A stretch of 60,578 bases of DNA from a virus (lineage: Duplodnaviria > Caudoviricetes): the IMG/VR virus record IMGVR_UViG_3300006735_005646, positions 1 to 60,578 of that record. One strand, given 5' to 3'. Below the pieces are notes generated by a model. The model was not told the origin of the DNA. It saw only the letters and a program-made list of their open reading frames with translations, and did not search any database. Shown piece by piece: positions 36,306 through 46,638 of this stretch (positions within the stretch are counted from its first letter, which is position 1; every line of letters starts with the position of its first letter). Both the position numbers and the translations under genes were made by a program.

Positions 36306-37195
36306 AGTCTTCTTTCACTTTCAAGTATTCTTAATATATTATCACAAGTTCCTTCAAGTGTAAAATACTTAGTATAAACTTCTTTCACTTTAGTTTTCAT
36401 ACTGTTATATTCTTCGTCTATTATTGCCTGAAGTCTTTCATATAAACTATTTATCTCGCCTGGAGCATCAGAAACTAGAACACAAAATTCTTCCCAGTTC
36501 ACATCATGGTTCCACGGAAGCCACAAATCATCACTAACATAAACCGGAACTGCATCCAACTGCATTGCTTCGTATAATCTGAAACTTGCAGGACCATATC
36601 CCCTCGGACAAAGAACAAATTTACTTTCCAAAGATGTCTGAATGAAATCATCGAGTCTATCATCCGAAACATTCATGTTCCAACCATCCGAACTTATCTT
36701 TACTTCTGGTTTACCTTGTAAGGAGTTTATCATCTTTTGTCGAATAGGATGTGTGCTTGAACCAACAAAAGATGCAAGATACTTCTTTGTTTTCTTTTTG
36801 TGTTCTGGTAGTTCTCCACAGATGAGAGGAGTGGGAACAGTCATTCTCGTCTTTACTCTTCCTCCCGCAGAAAACACAACAGTATTTTCGGGGATAGAAT
36901 GCATCGGTGCATCATCGTGTTGACATACTGTGAAGTAAGAGTCGCTAGAATCGAGAGTATTTAACTGTGCTTGCATCTGAAGCATATTCACTTTGTCACC
37001 CCACTCTGGAAGTGCGCCGTTGTTGTAACAATTCGTCCAATAAACAGGAATGTATTTCCTGTCTAATTTATGGAACCTGTCTTTATTTCTTTCATAGTAA
37101 TCAAAGAAATATTCTTCCAAATACTTACCTGTATGATAAGGAGGATATGCAGGACAAGTTGATTCTGGTCTTAACTCTTCAAACAACAAACCCAT
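36302..37195 (-). CDS. exostosin-like GT47 glycosyltransferase
   Basis: FVGS, SKFVLCPRGYG..SFRLYEA..VPV motifs. Confidence 0.85.
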   Translation of the reverse strand: MGLLFEELRPESTCPAYPPYHTGKYLEEYFFDYYERNKDRFHKLDRKYIPVYWTNCYNNGALPEWGDKVNMLQMQAQLNTLDSSDSYFTVCQHDDAPMHSIPENTVVFSAGGRVKTRMTVPTPLICGELPEHKKKTKKYLASFVGSSTHPIRQKMINSLQGKPEVKISSDGWNMNVSDDRLDDFIQTSLESKFVLCPRGYGPASFRLYEAMQLDAVPVYVSDDLWLPWNHDVNWEEFCVLVSDAPGEINSLYERLQAIIDEEYNSMKTKVKEVYTKYFTLEGTCDNILRILESERRL

Positions 37196-37198
37196 TAT

Positions 37199-38137
37199 CT
37201 ATACCATCGATTCTTTGTATGATGTAACCCAGTCTTCGAGAACTACCTTTGGATTCCATTTTAAAATTTCATGTGCCTTTGAACAGTCAGAAAGTGTTTC
37301 TCTTGACTCTCCAGGTCTTTCGGGAATATGAACAAACTTTGCATCTTCTCCTCCGACAAGGTTAACAATGTCGTGAATGTTGTGGTTTGAACCAGAACCA
37401 ATATTAAATATTTCACCAATAGCATCTTCGTTGTCTGTGAATGCTGCTAGAATATTTGCTTCAACAACATCTGAAACGTGAGTGAAATCTCTCCTCTGCA
37501 TACCATCACCCACAACTGTCATTGGTTCTCCCTTTGCATACTGTCTTTGAAACAAACCAATTACTGGTGCATATTGTCCTTTCACTGGTTGTCTTTCGCC
37601 ATAGACATTAAAGTATCTAAAGGTTACTGTTTCCAACCCAAACAATTTGGTATACATCTGACAAAGTTCTTCTCCAGATGTCTTTGAAACTGAGTATGGA
37701 TTCAGACAATCCTTTACCATATCTTCCTTGTTTGGAATTGGATTTGCCAAACCATACGCAGAAGATGTTGAAGAGTATATAACTCTCTTCACACCATTTT
37801 TTCTTGCGGCTTGTAGTATGTTACAAGTTCCAAGAACATTTGTCTTTACCGCAAGAACTGGATCTTCGATTGCAGGTTGGATTCTTGATTCTGCTGCCAA
37901 GTGGAATATATAGTCCACTCCATCAAACAACTTTTCTAGTAAATCATATCCCGAACCAACTCCACCAACATCCCATCTATAATATTGTGCTTTGCTGTTG
38001 TAATAAAAACTCTCATGTGCGTCGGAAGATTCATTATCCACAACAAGGACTTCATGTCCGTCTTTTACCAATCTATCTACTAGATTTGAACCAATGAATC
38101 CCGAACCACCTGTTACTATCACTTTACTCATAACCAT
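37199..38137 (-). CDS. NAD-dependent sugar epimerase/dehydratase
   Basis: GGSGFIGS, YSVSK and RYFNVYG motifs. Confidence 0.9.
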   Translation of the reverse strand: MVMSKVIVTGGSGFIGSNLVDRLVKDGHEVLVVDNESSDAHESFYYNSKAQYYRWDVGGVGSGYDLLEKLFDGVDYIFHLAAESRIQPAIEDPVLAVKTNVLGTCNILQAARKNGVKRVIYSSTSSAYGLANPIPNKEDMVKDCLNPYSVSKTSGEELCQMYTKLFGLETVTFRYFNVYGERQPVKGQYAPVIGLFQRQYAKGEPMTVVGDGMQRRDFTHVSDVVEANILAAFTDNEDAIGEIFNIGSGSNHNIHDIVNLVGGEDAKFVHIPERPGESRETLSDCSKAHEILKWNPKVVLEDWVTSYKESMV

Positions 38138-38865
38138 CTCCTATAGAATAACTCTGAACTATTTATAAGTTCTTTTGGAATTGATAATCTATTAATTAAA
38201 TCATTACGAACATAGATCAGATTTCCAGTATGACATATCAACGAATACTCCATTTCTTCTGCAACAGAAAGACTATAAGAGAAAGAAGATGTTCCGCCAT
38301 CATTCTTCTCTGTAGATTCTGGTGGAATAGAACTGTTTATTTCAATTACTACAATCTTTGGTTTATATTTTTTATGATGTTTCCATATAGGATGATCACA
38401 AACATCTGTGTCTATGTTCAATACATCATAGTCTTCTGGGATTTCAGTCTTGTCTAAAATTTCATCAAGTTCCATTCCTTCTAATTTTTCTTTTCTTGGT
38501 TTTCCCCACCGGGTATCATTTTCTTCTATTACTCTGAGTGTTTGTTCTTTTTCCTCATCTGTATATGATGGAGGAATCACAGCATAATTGAAAACAATAA
38601 CATTTGGAAATTCTTTTGGTAAATCTACGAGATGTTCAAATTTTGGTTCTCCTCCACCACCCACAATAGATGGTTCAATCATTACTGCATTTGCACCTTG
38701 ATTTATAAACTGACGAACATTACTATATGCAATTCCATCATATGCACCCACATCAACACACCAAGAACTTGATGGTTTAATGTCTAATTCACTCATAAGT
38801 CTAAGAAGAACTCCGTCTTCTCCGTTCTGACTTAATATATTCATTTTGAATTTATCGTAATACAT
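38128..38865 (-). CDS. FkbM-like SAM methyltransferase
   Basis: SQNGEDG, DVGAYDG, LNIDTD and VIEIN motifs. Confidence 0.75.
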   Translation of the reverse strand: MYYDKFKMNILSQNGEDGVLLRLMSELDIKPSSSWCVDVGAYDGIAYSNVRQFINQGANAVMIEPSIVGGGGEPKFEHLVDLPKEFPNVIVFNYAVIPPSYTDEEKEQTLRVIEENDTRWGKPRKEKLEGMELDEILDKTEIPEDYDVLNIDTDVCDHPIWKHHKKYKPKIVVIEINSSIPPESTEKNDGGTSSFSYSLSVAEEMEYSLICHTGNLIYVRNDLINRLSIPKELINSSELFYRRWL

Positions 38866-38868
38866 TAA

Positions 38869-39879
38869 CTAAAACCCTCTTTCCATAACAAGTTCTAACA
38901 TCTCAATAGCAGTTTCTTTCATTAATTCCTTAATGTTAGTATTTGGTTTCCATTGTAATTTTGTCTGTATTTTCTTTATTGAACCCAATGAACTTTTGTT
39001 TGTTTCTTTTGCCACAACTTCTTTAAGTAAAGGATATTCCCCCTCAAATAATTTTGGATATGAATCCCACAATTTATGGGATTCTCTATAAACTGGTTCG
39101 ATTTCTGATTGAAGTGCATTCTTCACAGTTTCTGATATTTCCTTCACCGAAACTGCCGTTCCTGTGCAAACATTAAATATATCATTTGGTTTTCTCTCCA
39201 TACACAGTTCCACCATTCTAATAACATCATCAACATGAATATAATCTCTAGATTGATTTCCATCCGAATGTAGGATTGGTTTTCTGTTGTTTGAAAATTC
39301 ACGAACAAGATAATTCAACAGTGGTGGACTCGTTCTATGAATGTCCTGCCGCGGACCGAACACATTGAAAAATCGAAGTGTAGTAATGTTCATTTTATAA
39401 TTTTCTCTATACGAATTACAAAGGCCTTCTGCCATTTGTTTGGTGATAGAATACATTAAAGTGGGACTCGTAACCAAAGACTCTTCCAACAGCGGAGAAT
39501 TATTGTTCTCATAAATTGCACTGGTGCTTGCAAATATAAAACTAGAAATGCCCCTGTCCTTTGCAAAATTCAAAAGGTTAAGAGTCCCATTAACATTAAT
39601 AGAAAGGGCTTCTTCTGGATTGCTCTCACAATCTGGTAGAGCGGTGACTGCTGCCAAATGAATCACATGGTCAAATTTAATATCTTTCCACAAGTTACTT
39701 AAATCTTCTTCGATGGAGAGGTTTACCCAATCACCAAGTAACTCGTCATTTTCATACAGATTTTCCTTATAACCATTTCTGAGGTTATCAATTAAATATA
39801 AATTATGATTATTATTCTTTAGTTTTCTTGCAAGAGTTGAACCTATTCCTCCCGCGGCACCTGTGATTAAAATATTCAT
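38869..39879 (-). CDS. NAD-dependent sugar epimerase/dehydratase
   Basis: GAAGGIGS, YSITK and RFFNVFG motifs. Confidence 0.9.
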   Translation of the reverse strand: MNILITGAAGGIGSTLARKLKNNNHNLYLIDNLRNGYKENLYENDELLGDWVNLSIEEDLSNLWKDIKFDHVIHLAAVTALPDCESNPEEALSINVNGTLNLLNFAKDRGISSFIFASTSAIYENNNSPLLEESLVTSPTLMYSITKQMAEGLCNSYRENYKMNITTLRFFNVFGPRQDIHRTSPPLLNYLVREFSNNRKPILHSDGNQSRDYIHVDDVIRMVELCMERKPNDIFNVCTGTAVSVKEISETVKNALQSEIEPVYRESHKLWDSYPKLFEGEYPLLKEVVAKETNKSSLGSIKKIQTKLQWKPNTNIKELMKETAIEMLELVMERGF

Positions 39880-40937
39880 TTAGTCAAAAACTCCTCAAGA
39901 TTATCACTGTTTCTAGAAATATTTATTGCCTTTGCTGACGGGTAGAGGTTGGTTGGAGCAAAATCATTTATCAGAATTCTTTCGCAATGGGGTAAACCCA
40001 TTACCATGTTATGATAATTAATTCCATTTCTCTTCAATTCTTCTTCCGTTTCCTTTCTGGAAGATTCTGGTCTACTTGTTGTAATTATAACATAAACAAA
40101 ACCAGAGTCAAACATTTTATTAATAGTATCGGCATTTCTCTTTAAGAGTTTACCTGACCCCCGATATGGTGGTAAATATTCTCCTGTGTTTTCTATCAAT
40201 GTGCCATCCAAATCCACAAAAACTGTTTTGAACTTAGATTTAAACTCATTCCAATGATCACTTGTTCCATAATCTTCAAAAGTTAAACATTCGAGACCAT
40301 AAAAATCTTTGCCTTGAAGAAGCATCTCATAAATTATGTGACTGATGTAGCATTCTCCTTCCATCATTTTAAGTGAATCGTATATATTACAAAATTCTGT
40401 TGCAGAAGAAAAACAATATCCTCCAACAGAGAATGTTGAACTTATCACCTTTTTCTCAACAATGTTGGTGATTACACCCCCTTGATCCATTTCAATGTAA
40501 CTCTTAGAACCTGCATCCAATTTGCCAACGGAATTTAAGTCACAGTAACATACTTGGTTTTTTTCATTGTTTATGATAGTTTCAAACTTTCCGTCTGAGT
40601 CCTTCACACATATAAAACCTTCAATTTTTTCTTCTTTGATTGCTTGATATATTGTTTCGGATTGCGAGTCGGTTTTTTCTTTTAAATAAAGAATTTTAGA
40701 TTTATCCAAAATACCAATGCCATCTAATTGTCGTTTTAATCCATTTGTAAAGTTAAACTTTTTTTCGTGGTCTTCCAGTGTAACAAAAATGATTCTATCA
40801 AAGAAGTCTAAATTAATACCAGAAATTGATTCCACCACCATAAAAAAATTACTACTTGGGTGTGTCAACATCCATTTTGGTTTTTGATTTGGAAATCTAC
40901 TAGACTTTCCTGCCATTGGTATCATTAAAGTTTTCAT
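39876..40937 (-). CDS. nucleotidyltransferase-HAD phosphatase fusion
   Basis: PMAGKSSRF..PKW at the N-terminus; VDLDGTL..TTSR..IND at the C-terminus. Confidence 0.8.
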   Translation of the reverse strand: MKTLMIPMAGKSSRFPNQKPKWMLTHPSSNFFMVVESISGINLDFFDRIIFVTLEDHEKKFNFTNGLKRQLDGIGILDKSKILYLKEKTDSQSETIYQAIKEEKIEGFICVKDSDGKFETIINNEKNQVCYCDLNSVGKLDAGSKSYIEMDQGGVITNIVEKKVISSTFSVGGYCFSSATEFCNIYDSLKMMEGECYISHIIYEMLLQGKDFYGLECLTFEDYGTSDHWNEFKSKFKTVFVDLDGTLIENTGEYLPPYRGSGKLLKRNADTINKMFDSGFVYVIITTSRPESSRKETEEELKRNGINYHNMVMGLPHCERILINDFAPTNLYPSAKAINISRNSDNLEEFLTK

Positions 40938-41751
40938 AATAAGTTGTTCCTTTTAATATGTCCTCAAAAACATTTCTCTGGCGTTCATTTTTAAGATATG
41001 GTTCTATACGAAGAATGTTTAGTATGTCAAAAAAGATAAACCACTCGCTGTCGATTATATCTTTATTTTGCTCATATATTCTTTTCCAAATATATCTCTT
41101 ACTTTGAGTCGTCCTAATGTTATCAGTACTATCTACTTTCCCCGACCAATTATAGTATAAGTCTTGTTTGAGTTTTGTTAAATCCAAAAGATATGAATTT
41201 ATGAAAGTATCTAAAAAGTCAATAAAATATAATCTATTCTTATGGAAGAGTATGTTTGAAAATGTTAAATCACCATGACAAAAACTATAAGGTATTTCTT
41301 CTGCATTCATCGTCTCTAATTTTTTAAGAAGATAGTCGTTGATATCTTTATGTTTTGTTTGATTTCTAAGAGATTTTATCTTATCCTTTATAAGTTTTGA
41401 TGTTCCTGAATTGTAGAACTTGGACCTATCTTTTAAAAACAAGATATAATCACACAATGAATCTGCTATAAAATTTACATCTTTTCTTGTTGCGTTGTTA
41501 AGAAATTCATCGAAAGATTTTGCCTTAATATATTCCATCTTGATAAAATTTTTACCGACTTCTATTACCTTTGGCGTTGAAATGTTTTTCAAAATAAAAT
41601 TTGAAAATAATGATTGCTTGTTTCCTTGTGCATTGATTCTTTTTTCGTAAGAATTTACATTGGTAGTTTTTGTTACAATTCCGTCTTCGCCCAAAACAAC
41701 ATCGCAACCAGAAATACCACCAGTTAGTTTTATATCAGGACACATTATCAA
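40900..41751 (-). CDS. aminoglycoside/choline-kinase-like phosphotransferase
   Basis: CHGDLTFSNIL and FIDF motifs. Confidence 0.8.
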   Translation of the reverse strand: MIMCPDIKLTGGISGCDVVLGEDGIVTKTTNVNSYEKRINAQGNKQSLFSNFILKNISTPKVIEVGKNFIKMEYIKAKSFDEFLNNATRKDVNFIADSLCDYILFLKDRSKFYNSGTSKLIKDKIKSLRNQTKHKDINDYLLKKLETMNAEEIPYSFCHGDLTFSNILFHKNRLYFIDFLDTFINSYLLDLTKLKQDLYYNWSGKVDSTDNIRTTQSKRYIWKRIYEQNKDIIDSEWFIFFDILNILRIEPYLKNERQRNVFEDILKGTTYYENFNDTNGRKV

Positions 41752-42734
41752 TGTTTAACTTCATAATAATCTAACCAATAATCTACCATCTCATGCATCA
41801 TACTCTCAAATGTATATTCTGGCTTCCATCCTAACACTTTCTTTGTCTTGCTACAATCACCTTTTAGATATTTTAGTTCTTCTGCTCGCATGTACTTTGG
41901 ATTCTGCACAACATAATCTTTATAATCCATATCGAGGTAACTAAACACTACTTCACATAAATCTCGAACAGAATGAGTTTCACCAGTGGAAACAACAAAA
42001 TCGTCTGGGGTGTCGTGGTTAATAATTTGAAGCATTGCTCTTGTATAATCTTTAGAATGTCCCCAGTCTCTATAAGAATCCATATTACCAAGTTCAAGTT
42101 TATCCACTAGACCAAGTTTAATTTGTACGGCTGTCTTAACAACCTTACTTGTTACGAAGTTGGAACCTCGTCTTGGTGATTCGTGATTGAATAGAATTCC
42201 GTTACATGCATGTAGTTTGTATGCATTACGATAGTGTCTTATCAAACTATAGGCAAGTAACTTTGAACATCCATAAGGACTCACTGGGTTCATTGGAGTT
42301 GTTTCTCTTTGAAATTCATCTTCATCAAAACTGTTTCCAAACATCTCTGAGGAACTTGCTTGATAGAATTTTGCTTCTGGTGCAAACTCTCTATAAACCT
42401 CAAGTAAGTTTAAAACACCAAGACCATTTGTTTGAATTGTATAAGAGGGAACATCGAAACTAATTCGTACATGACTCATGGCACCCAAGTTAAAAATGTG
42501 TGTGGGTTTAATGGATGTGACTAAGCGAGTCAAAGATGGAACATCTGTTAAATCTGCGTAATAAGTATGTACAGAGTCTTCAATATGTTCTAATCTCGAT
42601 TCTTGATTCTCAGAAGTTGATTGTCTTCGTACCATTCCATGAACATCATATCCCTGTTCTAGTAGATGCTCAGACAAATAACTGCCATCCTGTCCCGATA
42701 TACCTGTAATCAATGCAACTTTTCTATCACTCAT
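41748..42734 (-). CDS. gmd: GDP-mannose 4,6-dehydratase
   Basis: GISGQDGSYL, QASSSEMFG, NHESPRRG and RDWGH motifs. Confidence 0.95.
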   Translation of the reverse strand: MSDRKVALITGISGQDGSYLSEHLLEQGYDVHGMVRRQSTSENQESRLEHIEDSVHTYYADLTDVPSLTRLVTSIKPTHIFNLGAMSHVRISFDVPSYTIQTNGLGVLNLLEVYREFAPEAKFYQASSSEMFGNSFDEDEFQRETTPMNPVSPYGCSKLLAYSLIRHYRNAYKLHACNGILFNHESPRRGSNFVTSKVVKTAVQIKLGLVDKLELGNMDSYRDWGHSKDYTRAMLQIINHDTPDDFVVSTGETHSVRDLCEVVFSYLDMDYKDYVVQNPKYMRAEELKYLKGDCSKTKKVLGWKPEYTFESMMHEMVDYWLDYYEVKH

Positions 42735-43630
42735 TTTCTAGCATCCTCATAATTTTCATTAAACCATTCTATAGTTTTTTGTAATCCAATTTCAATTGGA
42801 ATAAATTTGTAATCAGGAATCAATCTTTTCAATAAACTATTATCAGAGGGTTTCCTGAGTTGTCCCTCTCTCTCACCATTATATATGATGTTTCCTTCAA
42901 ACCCCATTCTCCATGAAATCTCTTGTGCAATTACCGAAATAGATGATTCTTCATCAGGAGAGATGACAAAGGGTTCTGGTTCGTTATAATTTTCTAAAAT
43001 CCATTCTGCAATGTGTGTGACATCTTTAGAGTAAATAAATTCACGGTAGGCCTTACCATTCCCCCAAATTTCAAAATCTGTATTGTTCTTTTTTGCTAAA
43101 TAACATTTATGGATAAGGGAGGGAATCACATGGCCGTCTTCCAAACTAAAATTGTCATTTGGACCGTAAATGTTGCAGGGAATTACGGTAACGAAATTAC
43201 ACCCGTACTGCTCTCTGTATGCTCTACTCTGAACTTCTAACATTCTCTTTGCATACGCATAGGCATAGTTTGTTGTGTGCGGTTCTCCCTTATGCATCTG
43301 TTCTGGATGAAGAGGATAAGATACATCATCTGGAAATACACAAGTTGACATAAAAGAAACGACTTTGTTTACATTTGTAATTCTTGCGGCTTCTAGAACA
43401 TTTGAATTTAAAATGATATTGTCATAAAAGAACTCGCCGGGTTTTGTGGTGTTTGCTTTGATTCCACCAACCTTTCCTGCACAATGGATGATTGAATCAA
43501 TGTTGTGCGTTGTAATATACTTTATGATTTCATTTAGGTTCATAAGGTCTAAACTTTTTCGAGTTGGTTTAAATTTTGATTCCATAGCAGAACCAACTAG
43601 TCCTGCTCCACCTGTAATTAATGTTCTCAT
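42731..43630 (-). CDS. fcl: GDP-L-fucose synthase
   Basis: AGKVGGI..N, YAYAKR, PCNIYGPNDNF and HVIPSLI motifs. Confidence 0.93.
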   Translation of the reverse strand: MRTLITGGAGLVGSAMESKFKPTRKSLDLMNLNEIIKYITTHNIDSIIHCAGKVGGIKANTTKPGEFFYDNIILNSNVLEAARITNVNKVVSFMSTCVFPDDVSYPLHPEQMHKGEPHTTNYAYAYAKRMLEVQSRAYREQYGCNFVTVIPCNIYGPNDNFSLEDGHVIPSLIHKCYLAKKNNTDFEIWGNGKAYREFIYSKDVTHIAEWILENYNEPEPFVISPDEESSISVIAQEISWRMGFEGNIIYNGEREGQLRKPSDNSLLKRLIPDYKFIPIEIGLQKTIEWFNENYEDARK

Positions 43631-44214
43631 TTAAATACCTCCATATTTCTCAAGTCGGGCCAATCTTCCAGTACCCATTGTCGAGGAGTTGTGTGAATTG
43701 CATTTGGTAATTTTTCTAATCCCAACTTTGCTGTTTCAGGAGTCATATAATAATGATATCCTAAAGTTTTTATGTTTTGTTCTCTCCACGGAACATCCGA
43801 TTTTCTTCCATCATAGGACATCATTTTAAGTTCCTCGTAAGCAATTTCATTATCTGTTAATATCATTCCACCCTTACCAAGACTAAGATGTTTTTGAAAT
43901 TGAAAACTCAAACACATAAAACTATTGGAAATATAACTATTCTCTCTCCACAATACAGCGGCGTCATATATGTTTGTGTTTCCAATTGAGTAATAGTCAC
44001 TCCACTCTTCTTCTTTCCATTTCCAATTTAAATTTAACTTCATAGCAAGAAAGGGAATGGAGATATAAGTTCTTGTGGGAATCGTAATATTGTCTGCATT
44101 AGTATAACGCAAACAAAGTTCAATTGCATGTGTACAACAATCTACAGCAACTGCGTATGGTGAACCAAAAAACTTTGCTATCTCTTTTTCAAATTGCTCT
44201 ACCGTAGGATTCAT
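43627..44214 (-). CDS. short DegT/DnrJ-family PLP aminotransferase
   Basis: FEKEIAKF.GSPYAVAV, DAA and SFQFQKHL..GKGG motifs; only 195 aa. Confidence 0.8.
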   Translation of the reverse strand: MNPTVEQFEKEIAKFFGSPYAVAVDCCTHAIELCLRYTNADNITIPTRTYISIPFLAMKLNLNWKWKEEEWSDYYSIGNTNIYDAAVLWRENSYISNSFMCLSFQFQKHLSLGKGGMILTDNEIAYEELKMMSYDGRKSDVPWREQNIKTLGYHYYMTPETAKLGLEKLPNAIHTTPRQWVLEDWPDLRNMEVFK

Positions 44215-44747
44215 TTTGTTGCTTCAACATTCAAACTTATCAATGTTCCATTTTCCTTATCCATATGTGGAATATATGCCTGAGAATGATCATCAAATTC
44301 TGAATGTTCCGTTTCTCTCCAATCATATTGAGTTACATTATTAAATCCGCATGTCAGTAATGTTTCTTTTAGATCAGGAAAATCATACACAGTTTTGTGA
44401 TATATTGTGTCATCGCCCATTACCATCTTACCATACAATGGTCCTAAAATTTCCAAAAGTTCAACTGAACCGTCAACGTATAACTCACACATTGCTTTAA
44501 AATTTGGAACTGCAATTCTTAGTTTACCTTTAGGTTTCAGAACTCTCCCCCATTCCAGCAGAGCATCAAGCACAGATTCTCTATCAAAATATTCAATAAC
44601 ATGAGAAGCATATATTAAATCTGCACTGTTATTTTCATACGGTAAAGAAACAATGTCATGATTCTCTGTATGTGAATAATTACCGGCATCAATATGAATC
44701 CAATCGGAACCAAAATTTCTCCAACCACAACCTATATGTAATTTCAT
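44211..44747 (-). CDS. class I SAM methyltransferase
   Basis: LHIGCG, SHVIEY and RVLKPKG motifs. Confidence 0.85.
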   Translation of the reverse strand: MKLHIGCGWRNFGSDWIHIDAGNYSHTENHDIVSLPYENNSADLIYASHVIEYFDRESVLDALLEWGRVLKPKGKLRIAVPNFKAMCELYVDGSVELLEILGPLYGKMVMGDDTIYHKTVYDFPDLKETLLTCGFNNVTQYDWRETEHSEFDDHSQAYIPHMDKENGTLISLNVEATK

Positions 44748-45148
44748 AACAATTCCTTATCCTTTGATTTCCCTAAATATGGACCATTTTTAAATTCATA
44801 TACTAATGCATCATCTAAACATTCGTAATTGTGTCCACCACCAAAAGTAACTGTGCAGTCACCCTCTTCTAAAATAGTTGTCGCTATCAATTCAGAATTT
44901 GTGTCATAGTAATATACCTTGACTCTGCCCTTTATTACCACCCAAGATTCCTGAGTAATTGTAGTTTCCCGAATATTTTCTATGTGCTGGTGAGCATCAA
45001 ATTTTTTCCCCCCTTTCAAATTCAAACAAGAAATTTGCATGAATTCCTCTGATGGACATATATCAATTCTGTTGTCTGTAAAAGAAGAAGAGTTAAAATA
45101 AATATGAAGTAATTTACCGTCTTTTGAAAATATTTTTTCTATTGACAT
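44744..45148 (-). CDS. WbuC-like cupin
   Basis: AHQH, TQE, GGHNY and EFKNGPY motifs. Confidence 0.8.
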   Translation of the reverse strand: MSIEKIFSKDGKLLHIYFNSSSFTDNRIDICPSEEFMQISCLNLKGGKKFDAHQHIENIRETTITQESWVVIKGRVKVYYYDTNSELIATTILEEGDCTVTFGGGHNYECLDDALVYEFKNGPYLGKSKDKELL

Positions 45149-45149
45149 A

Positions 45150-46028
45150 TTATAAATTTTCCTTTAATATTGTTTCTATTTCTGACCAAAGATTGTACTT
45201 GTCCATTATTAACTCTCTTGCCTTTTTAATTGCATCAATATTTTCTTCCGTTGGGGGGTTTTTAATTATCTCCAAAACTTTTTTGACAGATTCAAAATCA
45301 TCTATATCCTCTATGTGGTGATAACTTCCCTCTGGAAGATAATCTGAAACATTAGGACATCCCCAATAAATAGGCATAGTCCATGAAAGTAGAGCATCAA
45401 ATGCCTTTTCACTAACACAATTGTAGTTACTAGAATTTTCAAAAGCAATTGTGTAGTGATATGGATATAAACCTTCAAATTTACAATAACTATTATATTC
45501 CAATTTCCCTTTAAAGCACGAATTAATATTTCCAAATTTTTCTATACCGTATGCACCAAAAATATCAATGTCTTTGGTGTGTTCCACCAAAGTTGATAAA
45601 AAGATTATTCTCTTTTTGTGTCCATATGTATCTACCTTACCACTAGTAATAGAACTAACCATGTGCATCTTGTCTTGCCGATTGTAATTTAAATTTTTTA
45701 AGAAATCATATGATTTTAGAACTCTCCAAACAGAAACCAAATGATGCTTTCTATCTGTGTATGTTCCTTGAAAAAATAAATTATCCGGCCAGTCCAGTTT
45801 GGGAGGTTTTACCTCTGGTTCTTCTCTCTGTAAATATATAACCCTGTCAAACGAAACATTATCTGGTATACCCCCATCCATTACTATATGATAATCCGCG
45901 TCATTTATGTTTGTAGTACATTCAATATCATTCCACACTCCACTCTCATTTGGAGTCTGGAGTTTATATGTGTTTAGCAAATCTTCACTAGAACATCCCC
46001 AATCACAATGAAACATTATTTTTATCAT
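45150..46028 (-). CDS. GT10 fucosyltransferase-like protein
   Basis: IAFENS..VSEK..DA..PIYWG motif. Confidence 0.85.
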   Translation of the reverse strand: MIKIMFHCDWGCSSEDLLNTYKLQTPNESGVWNDIECTTNINDADYHIVMDGGIPDNVSFDRVIYLQREEPEVKPPKLDWPDNLFFQGTYTDRKHHLVSVWRVLKSYDFLKNLNYNRQDKMHMVSSITSGKVDTYGHKKRIIFLSTLVEHTKDIDIFGAYGIEKFGNINSCFKGKLEYNSYCKFEGLYPYHYTIAFENSSNYNCVSEKAFDALLSWTMPIYWGCPNVSDYLPEGSYHHIEDIDDFESVKKVLEIIKNPPTEENIDAIKKARELIMDKYNLWSEIETILKENL

Positions 46029-46032
46029 AAAA

Positions 46033-46638
46033 TCATATCTCCGTAATAACACAACAGGCTTCTTGGCCCTCTGTGTGTGCTACCCAATCATATTTTATTC
46101 CAGTTTCAGAAACAAATTCATTCCATGCTTTATATTCGTGTAAATGAAAATTATTATAATTGTGAAACTCATCAAACATTATAATTGTCCCCACTATTAA
46201 TTTAGATTTGATGTTATCGAAAATAGTTTTAGTGGAAGAATATAAGTCGCAATCCACATGAACAAATGCTATTTCATATTCATCCTCACAAAATAAAGGT
46301 AAAGTTTCTTCAAACAATCCGTTGATAATCTTTAAGCCATCTATAGATGGTTCTATTCCAAACTTTTTTTGGCCGAATATAGTTCCTTCAGAATGAACAA
46401 CATTTTCCGAAACCACCCAATCTTCTGGAAGACCTTTGAACCAATCAAAACCATAAAGAACATCATTTTTGTTTGGGAGATGTTTTATTATCTCCTTTGA
46501 TGTTTCTCCACTAGCAACACCAAACTCCATCCACAATCCGTCAACACTTACGGAATCCATACAATATTTACCGTAAGTGTTCCACCTTTGATGAAATTTA
46601 AGTGCAGGGTATTTTTTTGATAGTCCAAAATCAATCAT
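46033..46638 (-). CDS. TylF/MycF-like sugar O-methyltransferase
   Basis: EFGV..G, GFD.F.GLPE, HVDCDLYSS and FDE motifs. Confidence 0.85.
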   Translation of the reverse strand: MIDFGLSKKYPALKFHQRWNTYGKYCMDSVSVDGLWMEFGVASGETSKEIIKHLPNKNDVLYGFDWFKGLPEDWVVSENVVHSEGTIFGQKKFGIEPSIDGLKIINGLFEETLPLFCEDEYEIAFVHVDCDLYSSTKTIFDNIKSKLIVGTIIMFDEFHNYNNFHLHEYKAWNEFVSETGIKYDWVAHTEGQEACCVITEI

